This document shows, one piece after another, positions 1 to 5,309 of a stretch of DNA of 5,821 bases. The DNA is from a virus, in the IMG/VR virus record IMGVR_UViG_3300045988_013492, positions 1 to 5,821 of that record; one strand, written 5' to 3'. Under the pieces are notes generated by a model, which had not been told where the DNA came from, ran no database searches, and saw only the letters and a program-made list of their open reading frames with translations. Positions within the stretch are counted from its first letter, which is position 1. Every line of letters starts with the position of its first letter. Both the position numbers and the translations under genes were made by a program.

Positions 1-95
1 ATTTTTTTTGTTACATACCCTGCAACATATCTATATGTTTCTGGAACTGCTTGCGCAATCTGTATTTGACCCATTCCCCACAGGTTTGCTAGCCA
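1..95. repeat. Terminal redundancy of a linearised circular genome. Positions 1-95 are identical to 5727-5821, giving a unit genome of 5,726 nt.
   Basis: Direct comparison: the string a + 8 t + gttacataccctgcaacatatctatatgtttctggaactgcttgcgcaatctgtatttgacccattccccacaggtttgctagcca occurs at 1-95 and again at 5727-5821, with offset 5726. Confidence 0.95.
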
Positions 96-662
96 TTTGC
101 TGTTATAGTATCCGTTGTGGTGAATCTTGTATAGATTTTCTAGGTCTGTTGGTTTCCAGCCATATAGAATCATGTGGTAATGCGGTCTTGCTGTCTGCTC
201 TCCGTACTCACCCGCCACAAAATAGCGTAGCTTGCCCCTGTAAGCCTTTCTGAGACGTTTTAAGAATTTCTGAATATCTTCATACAGTAAAATTTGTACG
301 CTTTCTGGGCGCTTCTCTCCCGGCTTCCACGTGTACTGTACTTTGCGCATGATCTCACCTGTTTTTACTATCATGCCCGGTACATGGTCATCATCATAAG
401 TTAGCGTGATAAACCAGACTTCTTCTTTTGGATAGTCTTGTGCTTCCAATTCGATGCGCGTTGTCCAGTCCTCTCGTTGTCTTATTCTGCATCCAATACA
501 TTGCCCGCATGGAATTAACATGACTTTCGGATTATACATCAAATCTTCATACTTTAGCTGTTTCCCGCTTAACTCAGAAAAGCGGGCGAGTGAATATACC
601 CGCCCGCTCTGTTCTTTATCGTCCGGGTTGTACAGCCTTATTAGTGGCTTGTAGCAACTCAT
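1..662 (-). CDS. Replication initiation protein VP4 (HUH rolling-circle Rep), 5' portion. ATG at 662..660. The ORF runs off the window start and continues at 5726..5369 across the circular junction. The full gene is 1020 nt (339 aa).
   Basis: My own translation of complement 662->1 is [96 protein letters not shown]...[13 protein letters not shown]...[11 protein letters not shown]. It joins in frame to the track ORF 5369..5800 ([30 protein letters not shown]...). It carries the gokushovirus VP4 hallmarks: the CGxCxxCR zinc-finger-like N-terminal motif, FITLTY (motif 1), HYHMILY (motif 2, HuHuuu) and YVAGYVTKK (motif 3, catalytic Tyr). The start overlaps the VP2 stop as ATGA, and AGGTGA lies 9 nt upstream. 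Confidence 0.93.
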   Translation of the reverse strand, partial: MSCYKPLIRLYNPDDKEQSGRVYSLARFSELSGKQLKYEDLMYNPKVMLIPCGQCIGCRIRQREDWTTRIELEAQDYPKEEVWFITLTYDDDHVPGMIVKTGEIMRKVQYTWKPGEKRPESVQILLYEDIQKFLKRLRKAYRGKLRYFVAGEYGEQTARPHYHMILYGWKPTDLENLYKIHHNGYYNSKWLANLWGMGQIQIAQAVPETYRYVAGYVTKK

Positions 663-1543
663 TTCAAATAATCACCTGGCTTTCTTTTTGCTCCATAGTC
701 TCCTGTTTTATTCTGCATTAGGTTGTCTGTTTTGTGTCCTACTTTGGTATTGCCTTTTGCTTTCTTCCCCATTTTATTTGTGATGTCTTCAATTGTTTCG
801 CTTGTTTTGTTATCGATATTCGTTAGTGCTTTCATTAAGCCGTAGGGAGTTAGATGCGTTTCAGCTAGCATTTGATTCCAGCTTTGAGAGGCGTTATACC
901 ATTCTGATTTACTCCAGCTTGAGCTACTGTATGAGTTTGGAACAAAACCACTGCTTCTGCTAATTCCTAGTGCGCTACTGCTTGCTAGTCCCATACTTGC
1001 TCCGCTGATTGTTCCTGCTGATCCTCCCGGTGTGCTTGCTCCGCCGTTTGCAAATGCCAGAATTGGGTTTATGCCTGCTTTTTTCATGTCTGCAACTGTT
1101 CTCTGGTATGCTGTGTTGCTCATTCTTTCTTGGAACTGCCTGTTTGCCAGTGCTTCTGCGCTGTTGTAATTCATTGCGGCTGTGTTTTCGATGTGGTTAT
1201 AAATACCTTGCTGAATTGCCGATAGGGTGTTATAGCCCATCTGTTCTAACATGCTTTTCTTGTTGTATTTTTGCTGTGCTATTCCTTCTGCGCTTTGGTA
1301 TCCGTATGCTTGCTGTAAATATTTTGCAATTTGTTCGTCATTTGTTCCGGATTGACTTCCGCTTTGGGATGCTCCGCCGCCTTGACCTACACTCCCTCCG
1401 CTACTTTGAGTTGTACCTTCGTTTCCCCAACCGCCAAAACTGCCTGTAACGTTTTTTACGGCGTTTGTTATGCTTCCTATACTTGTTGCAACATTTCCAA
1501 GTAAGTTTGCTCCTTTTATAATTGCTCCCCATGGAATTGCCAT
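659..1543 (-). CDS. Minor capsid / DNA pilot protein VP2 (294 aa).
   Basis: Track ORF. The protein is Gly/Ser/Gln-rich and carries the highly conserved gokushovirus VP2 block [20 protein letters not shown]. The C-terminus is basic. The TGA stop overlaps the Rep ATG as ATGA. ATG is at 1543. Confidence 0.88.
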   Translation of the reverse strand: MAIPWGAIIKGANLLGNVATSIGSITNAVKNVTGSFGGWGNEGTTQSSGGSVGQGGGASQSGSQSGTNDEQIAKYLQQAYGYQSAEGIAQQKYNKKSMLEQMGYNTLSAIQQGIYNHIENTAAMNYNSAEALANRQFQERMSNTAYQRTVADMKKAGINPILAFANGGASTPGGSAGTISGASMGLASSSALGISRSSGFVPNSYSSSSWSKSEWYNASQSWNQMLAETHLTPYGLMKALTNIDNKTSETIEDITNKMGKKAKGNTKVGHKTDNLMQNKTGDYGAKRKPGDYLK

Positions 1544-1551
1544 TTGAAAAT

Positions 1552-1580
1552 AGCCCGGTTTTCCCGGGCTCTCCTTTCTT
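1552..1580 (-). promoter_or_regulatory. Split ribosome-binding site and hairpin upstream of VP2. AAGGAG (1576..1571) abuts a 7-bp GC-rich hairpin (1570..1552: AGCCCGG-GAAAA-CCGGGCT) that is followed by ATTTTCAA and then the ATG. It is a candidate partial intrinsic terminator or attenuator after VP1.
   Basis: Seen in sequence. Plus 1552-1570 is agcccgg ttttc ccgggct, a perfect inverted repeat with 6 of 7 GC pairs. On the coding strand it is followed by ATTTT. The only Shine-Dalgarno for VP2 lies 27 nt upstream of the ATG, which shortens to 8 nt when the stem is formed. Confidence 0.45.
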
Positions 1581-1619
1581 TCATTTTTTGAAGTTGGTAG
1601 ATCTGTTGTTCTTCATTTT

Positions 1620-3353
1620 TTATAGTTTTTCCAGACCCGGCACGCTATACAGCGGCATACAGCGTGTTGTTTTGTTCATTACTCGGATTGCGCCGAAAAA
1701 CTGTGGTTCATTCTGTACGATGAGTGTCCGTGCGATTTCGTTTTTACCTTCTTTCATCCAATCTTGACTGAGTGTCGGCACGGTTTCATAGTTGTCTGCA
1801 TAGTGCCAGAAGTCGAGCGTTCCTGGTACGTTACTGCGCATTTTGCCGCTTACACGGTTTGGCTTCATTCTATAGTCTGCCCAAGCTTCCTGATATCCGA
1901 ATGTTTCATCATCTGTGCTTGTACCTGTACACATGATTTCGCGTTTTTTGACAGGCTGTTCGCCCAGATTTGCAAACTGTGGAAAGTAGTAGTCCAGTCG
2001 GTCTGTTCGGCTCCAGAATCTTTCAAGGCCTTGCTGATAGCTGCGGTCGTGACGTACACACATGACACCGATAATAAACCCGTGTTCTTCAAAACTCTTT
2101 GTGAAGCTGCTCTCGTTGATAGGTGTGATCGACATTGCACCCGTTTCTCCGATAGGCGTTCCATTGTCTGCTTCTTGACCGCTTGTCTGTACGATCTGGT
2201 TCATGTTGACGTGGTAGCGTCCACCACCCAAATATTCCGGAATCTGAACAGTTTTGTCACTGATGCTTACGCCAAACAGTGCTCGCACCTGTTCGCGGTA
2301 GCGGCTACCGCCACGTGCCAGCGCTTCGTAGTAGTGTTGTACTGCGAAGGCCTGGCGTAACTGGTTGATTGTTGCTGCTTCGATGTTGCTCATGTCTGTT
2401 CCCAACCATGCGTCAAAGAAGTTTGCATCGTCTTGGCTCATTGTTTGGATTCGCTGTCCGTCTACTACCGGCGCTGTGTTTCCGTTGTTGTTTTTGTTTA
2501 CGCTGAATTTCGTTCCTTGGTTTGTGAATGAGATGTTTGTGTGATTTACTATTCCGGTGTTATATTCGTTGTTGAAAAATCCTGTTCCAATTTTTCTGTT
2601 GCTTAGATTGCTTTCGCTGTAGGCTCTTAACGGTGCATTTCCGGTGAGTGCAATTGTCACTTCCGGTCCTCGCTGAGGATACGGCAGACAGGACGAGAAA
2701 TAATCATGGAATCGGTTTACTGGTAAGCATCGTCCTCCGTGTACAGCATATAGGAGGATTTGTTCTGTTTCTTCGTTGACTATGTCCTTGTAATCGATGT
2801 CTTCATCGCCTGTTTTCATTACTGCCGGGTTTCCTACGTTTTGATCTCGGAAAAATTCGTTCCAGATTTTTACATATGCTCTTATCGGCAGCGCGTTTAT
2901 CTCGACCCTTCTATTTTGATGGTTTGCGAACATTCTTGTTGGTACTCCCATATAGTCTAGGATTGAGGCTTCATATGGTACGATTGTTACTTCATCTGCT
3001 TGGGTTTTGATAATGAGTTTGGGCACTTTATAGGTTTTTGTAGGCTTCCACGGCACTTCATCTGCTTCGCCCATGAAGTGTTTGAAGTTGTCCCACAGGA
3101 TACGGTTTGGACAGAAGAAATAGTAAAAGTCGATGTATGCATCGTCCATTACAGGATATTTTGGCGTTGTCATTCGGATGATTGCTGCCGTGTCTACGCT
3201 GAATGTATCACCCGGTAGAACCTCATCAACGTAAAATGGAATCAGTTTGCCTGCATCGAAGGTTGTGAGAATGTTCTGATCTCGTTTGAAACGTGTTCGG
3301 CTTACGTGTGTTTCTGGTACTTGGTTGAAGTGCCGTTCATTATTCCGATTCAT
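1620..3353 (-). CDS. Major capsid protein VP1 (577 aa), Microviridae F-protein family.
   Basis: Track ORF. The N-terminus is FNQV...TTFDAGKLIPFYVDEVLPGDTF, the canonical gokushovirus VP1 start. Conserved blocks INQLRQAFAVQHYYEALARGGSRYREQVRALFGV and C-terminal YSVPGL are present. AAGGAG (3366..3361) sits 7 nt upstream of ATG 3353. An Asn-rich insertion at residues ~236-316 corresponds to the gokushovirus surface 'mushroom' loop. Confidence 0.95.
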   Translation of the reverse strand: MNRNNERHFNQVPETHVSRTRFKRDQNILTTFDAGKLIPFYVDEVLPGDTFSVDTAAIIRMTTPKYPVMDDAYIDFYYFFCPNRILWDNFKHFMGEADEVPWKPTKTYKVPKLIIKTQADEVTIVPYEASILDYMGVPTRMFANHQNRRVEINALPIRAYVKIWNEFFRDQNVGNPAVMKTGDEDIDYKDIVNEETEQILLYAVHGGRCLPVNRFHDYFSSCLPYPQRGPEVTIALTGNAPLRAYSESNLSNRKIGTGFFNNEYNTGIVNHTNISFTNQGTKFSVNKNNNGNTAPVVDGQRIQTMSQDDANFFDAWLGTDMSNIEAATINQLRQAFAVQHYYEALARGGSRYREQVRALFGVSISDKTVQIPEYLGGGRYHVNMNQIVQTSGQEADNGTPIGETGAMSITPINESSFTKSFEEHGFIIGVMCVRHDRSYQQGLERFWSRTDRLDYYFPQFANLGEQPVKKREIMCTGTSTDDETFGYQEAWADYRMKPNRVSGKMRSNVPGTLDFWHYADNYETVPTLSQDWMKEGKNEIARTLIVQNEPQFFGAIRVMNKTTRCMPLYSVPGLEKL

Positions 3354-3741
3354 TGTTTTTCTCCTTTTCCTTTGTCTCGGTCTCGTTTGCGGCCTCTTCC
3401 TGCATTCTCTGCAGTTCCATTGCCTTGACCTTTGCTGTTGCCATCATGGCGTGATACTCGTGAATGTTTGTAGGCCATTCGGTAATATCTATGGTCTCGT
3501 TTGTTTTTGCGCTGTCTACCAGACTTTTCGCAAATTCCGGGTCAAAGCTGGCTTTTCGGACGATGTTTTTGATGTCACATTCATCTGCGTAGCTTTCAAT
3601 TTCGCTCTGAATGTCGATTGGTTCGGTTTCAATCAATTCTTCGTTGCCTTTTTCGTCTTTGCCCCAGACGTACTGTTTGCGCATTTTTTCGCCCGGATTT
3701 GAAAAGAAGGGCTCTCGCCCTTCCTCATATCGTTTATTCAT
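3340..3741 (-). CDS. Internal scaffolding protein VP3-like (133 aa), starting at ATG 3741. The track's 193-aa version begins at a TTG at 3921 and is probably an over-extension.
   Basis: Protein from ATG 3741: MNKRYEEGREPFFSNPGEKMRKQYVWGKDEKGNEELIETEPIDIQSEIESYADECDIKNIVRKASFDPEF...ELQRMQEEAANETETKEKEKNNESE. The block IQSxxESYADECDIKNIV resembles the Chlamydia-phage scaffold (Chlamy_scaf) signature. The tail is acidic. ATG 3741 overlaps the TAA of the upstream 80-aa ORF as ATGAATAA. I checked that the 3921 'start' of the 193-aa model is TTG. The gene's 3' end overlaps the VP1 start by 14 nt. Confidence 0.65.
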   Translation of the reverse strand: MNKRYEEGREPFFSNPGEKMRKQYVWGKDEKGNEELIETEPIDIQSEIESYADECDIKNIVRKASFDPEFAKSLVDSAKTNETIDITEWPTNIHEYHAMMATAKVKAMELQRMQEEAANETETKEKEKNNESE

Positions 3742-3976
3742 GCGGTTTGCCCTCCCAGACCTTATCCGGATCGATGCTCTTAAACTCTCCGGTTTCATCG
3801 TTGAAGTTTGCGATGTGGTAGCCCTTGTAGTCCTCGGGGCTCTGTCCAAGGAACGTTTTATCGTCTTTTGCCATAATTTCGCACATCCGTGCAAACGTTT
3901 GGTCGCTCTTGCTTTCACCAATGTAGCAGTAGCTCTTTGCTACGCTGTCGTAGATGCCATAGTAATTGTGAATCAT
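3734..3976 (-). CDS. Hypothetical small protein (80 aa, acidic).
   Basis: Track ORF with ATG at 3976. AAGGAG (3990..3985) lies 8 nt upstream. Its stop is coupled to the VP3-like start. I recognise no family. It lies in the same frame region as the spurious TTG-extended 193-aa model. Confidence 0.6.
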   Translation of the reverse strand: MIHNYYGIYDSVAKSYCYIGESKSDQTFARMCEIMAKDDKTFLGQSPEDYKGYHIANFNDETGEFKSIDPDKVWEGKPHE

Positions 3977-4074
3977 TTTCTTTTCTCCTTTACAGTCTGA
4001 TGCCGCCCCTCATGGGTTTCTGGCTGAGGTTGATACTCTTCGTTTTTCGTGCCGTTGTGTTGAACATTCGCTTG

Positions 4075-4320
4075 TCAGTGCGTACCGGCATGCGCTGTCT
4101 GTGCTTCATCTGTGTACTCCCTTCTGAGTAGCTCTAGCTCGATGTCGTTGGCCCATTTCTTCATAACCCAGATTCGGTCAATGGTTTTTTTGGCATCTTC
4201 CAGCTTGGATACTTTTTTTATCATCTTGTATCCGGCTTCTATTTGCTTGTATAGCCTTTCGGTTTCTTGCCTGAGCGTTTCTTCGGTCTGGTCTCTCACA
4301 TTCCATGTTTTGTGTAGCAT
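4075..4320 (-). CDS. Hypothetical small protein (81 aa), predicted helical and Lys/Glu-rich.
   Basis: Track ORF with ATG at 4320. AAGGAG (4331..4326) lies 6 nt upstream and overlaps the stop of the upstream 34-aa ORF. The sequence MLHKTWNVRDQTEETLRQETERLYKQIEAGYKMIKK... matches no family I recognise. Confidence 0.6.
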   Translation of the reverse strand: MLHKTWNVRDQTEETLRQETERLYKQIEAGYKMIKKVSKLEDAKKTIDRIWVMKKWANDIELELLRREYTDEAQTAHAGTH

Positions 4321-4323
4321 GGT

Positions 4324-4428
4324 TTACTCCTTTTCCTTCAGGATGTGGTAAATTTCGTCCAGCTTCTCGAGGACATTTTTAATTAGCTGGATTGCTTCCC
4401 GCAGGTCTTTCACCTTAATCAATGCCAT
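4324..4428 (-). CDS. Possible micro-ORF (34 aa): MALIKVKDLREAIQLIKNVLEKLDEIYHILKEKE.
   Basis: Not in the track because it is too short. The ATG at 4428 lies 3 nt after the peptidase TAA (TAACCAATG). GGGGG sits ~8 nt upstream. Its TAA is embedded in the next gene's Shine-Dalgarno. It fills the only otherwise unassigned coding-strand gap in a tightly packed genome. It has an amphipathic helix pattern. Confidence 0.3.
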   Translation of the reverse strand: MALIKVKDLREAIQLIKNVLEKLDEIYHILKEKE

Positions 4429-4431
4429 TGG

Positions 4432-4815
4432 TTATACCCCCTTTCTGTATCGTTCTTCACGCACATCAATGTGTACAAAGTTTGTGTATTTGATTACGCC
4501 GCCTTGTTCCATGATGCTATCTGCGTATTTTGCAACTTCTTGACTTGAGTGTCCTTTTACTACAATGTCTGCTGCCATTCCTTTGCAGTGCATTGAGTTT
4601 GGTGCTCCGTTTACTTTGCTGTTCCAGCTCGGTGTTCTGTATCCGCTGTTAATTTTTACCGGTGCTTTGAAGTGTTCTCTTATTGTTTCTAGGATTGTTA
4701 ATAGCTCTTTGCAGATTAGCAGTTTTTTGTTTCCGTCTTTGCATTGAAACTCTTTTGCTTTGAAGTGTTGGCTTAGTTTCCCGTAGTCTGCATTGATGTA
4801 TACGATATTTTTCAT
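4432..4815 (-). CDS. Peptidase M15 (Peptidase_M15_3-type zinc D,D- or L,D-peptidase), a putative endolysin of 127 aa starting at ATG 4815. The track's 156-aa model starting at 4902 is probably over-extended.
   Basis: SGYRTPSWNSKVNGAPNSMHCKGMAADI (SxHxxGxAxD, the zinc ligand motif) and the C-terminal FVHIDVRE are the PF08291 signatures. AAGGAG (4826..4821) lies 5 nt upstream of ATG 4815. A sigma70-like promoter sits inside the supposed N-terminal extension. Confidence 0.85.
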   Translation of the reverse strand: MKNIVYINADYGKLSQHFKAKEFQCKDGNKKLLICKELLTILETIREHFKAPVKINSGYRTPSWNSKVNGAPNSMHCKGMAADIVVKGHSSQEVAKYADSIMEQGGVIKYTNFVHIDVREERYRKGV

Positions 4816-4860
4816 GGCTGTCTCCTTTCTTTTGTATTGTGCTCTTTGTGCTTTGTCTAT

Positions 4861-4889
4861 ATTATAGGTTTTGTCAAGCCTTTTTTCAA
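4861..4889 (-). promoter_or_regulatory. Sigma70-type promoter for the peptidase / small-ORF transcript. -35 TTGAAA (4889..4884), 17-nt spacer, -10 TATAAT (4866..4861).
   Basis: I read the '-' strand directly: ATTGAAA AAAGGCTTGACAAAACC TATAAT. The -10 is a perfect consensus, the -35 matches 5 of 6, and the spacer is the optimal 17 nt. The predicted transcription start near 4854 gives a ~38-nt leader containing the AAGGAG. Confidence 0.5.
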
Positions 4890-4980
4890 TATTTGTAATC
4901 ATTTTGTAATATTATCTATGCAAACTGTCAAGGTTGCCGTAGGCAATTTTGACATTTTGCGTAGATGCCCGCGGCAGGCG

Positions 4981-5145
4981 TTTTCAACATTTTCCACATA
5001 GTTTTCAACATTTCAACATTGTTAAACTTTAACACAACAGAGTGTTTCAACATTTCAACAAGTTTTCAACAAATCTTTCAACATTCTTTTTGGTGCTTTT
5101 TCTTCGTACCAACGTAAAGAAAAAGCACTTTTCAACTTTTCCACA
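4981..5145 (+). repeat. Array of ten head-to-tail 9-mer repeats TTTTC(A/C)ACA. Two are exact DnaA-box consensus TTTTCCACA (4990-4998 and 5137-5145). Eight are TTTTCAACA or TTTCAACA variants (4981, 5002, 5011, 5045, 5053, 5063, 5076, 5129). They are arranged as doublets around a perfect dyad, TGTTAAA-C-TTTAACA (5020-5034).
   Basis: Seen in sequence. Copy spacing of 8-12 bp is roughly helical phasing. The region is non-coding on both strands. Confidence 0.8.
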
Positions 5146-5150
5146 TACTC

Positions 5151-5165
5151 TACTACTACTACTAC
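5151..5165. repeat. (TAC)5 trinucleotide microsatellite.
   Basis: tactactactactac, seen directly, in a non-coding region. Confidence 0.9.
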
Positions 5166-5249
5166 AACAAGTTATATAATAAAGGCGAAGTGTTATCCCT
5201 TGAAGCGAAGCGAATAGGGATTATAGGGTAGAACGTACTCTCCATTTTA

Positions 5250-5290
5250 CCGTGCGCGTGTACGTGCGTTTCGCGCGTGCGCGTGCGCGG
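5250..5290. repeat. GC-rich alternating pyrimidine/purine tract, (CG/TG)n, with three copies of GTGCGCG. It can form a 19-bp hairpin (5250-5268 with 5272-5290, TTT loop) made of 14 Watson-Crick pairs plus 5 G.T wobbles. It is a candidate Z-DNA former or origin / single-strand initiation hairpin.
   Basis: I mapped the pairs base by base. Every non-Watson-Crick position is a T opposite a G. Both arms are perfect Py-Pu alternations of 18 nt. The tract sits in an otherwise AT-rich genome. Confidence 0.6.
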
Positions 5291-5309
5291 TCTAACGCCT
5301 TAAGCACAC

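Noticed and set aside
8-654. '+'-strand ORFs 8..253 and 454..654
   Set aside because: They are antisense to the Rep N-terminal region, whose '-'-strand translation carries all three HUH motifs.
1009-1449. '+'-strand 146-aa ORF antisense to VP2
   Set aside because: It is entirely antisense to a well-supported gene. It has a Cys/Leu/Phe-rich composition typical of the reverse frame of an AT-rich gene, and it has no RBS.
1519-1584. 22-aa micro-ORF starting at ATG 1584 ([22 protein letters not shown])
   Set aside because: It has no RBS, it spans the hairpin and the VP2 start in another frame, and it is most likely a by-product of the AAGGAG/hairpin sequence.
1764-2360. '+'-strand 198-aa ORF antisense to VP1, and the nested 99-aa '-' ORF at 1865..2164
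   Set aside because: Both lie inside the VP1 coding region in other frames. They have no RBS and a cysteine-rich nonsense composition, so they are chance ORFs.
2568-2578. A single reverse-complement copy of the array motif (TGTTGAAAA) inside VP1
   Set aside because: It is an isolated copy within coding sequence, which is consistent with chance in an AT-rich 5.7-kb genome.
3742-3921. N-terminal 60 codons of the 193-aa ORF model
   Set aside because: The 'start' at 3921 is TTG with no RBS. The stretch overlaps the RBS-supported 80-aa ORF in another frame. The downstream ATG 3741 has a classic ATGAATAA coupling.
3286-4000. '+'-strand ORFs 3286..3702, 3611..4000 and 3618..3821
   Set aside because: They are antisense to the VP3 / 80-aa genes. 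They have low-complexity Cys/Phe-rich translations, no Shine-Dalgarno, and the genome is otherwise single-stranded in its coding.
4816-4902. N-terminal 29 codons of the 156-aa peptidase model
   Set aside because: The stretch contains the promoter -35 and -10 elements and the AAGGAG for the internal ATG 4815. No RBS precedes 4902, and the upstream candidate promoter would leave no leader.
4907-4915. TAATATTAT resembling the CRESS-DNA virus nonanucleotide TAATATTAC
   Set aside because: It is not embedded in a GC stem-loop. It lies in an AT-rich promoter-upstream region where such strings occur by chance, and microvirus Reps do not use the CRESS nonanucleotide.
4926-4931. TTGACA on the '-' strand as a second -35 element
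   Set aside because: The best -10 at 17-nt spacing is TACAAA, which lacks the invariant -7 T, and the transcript would start only ~4 nt before ATG 4902. I cannot support it as a promoter.
4981-5145. The short direct repeats as a CRISPR array
   Set aside because: The units are 8-9 nt with 0-4-nt gaps, so they have no spacer-sized unique sequences. A 5.7-kb microvirus genome is not a plausible CRISPR locus.
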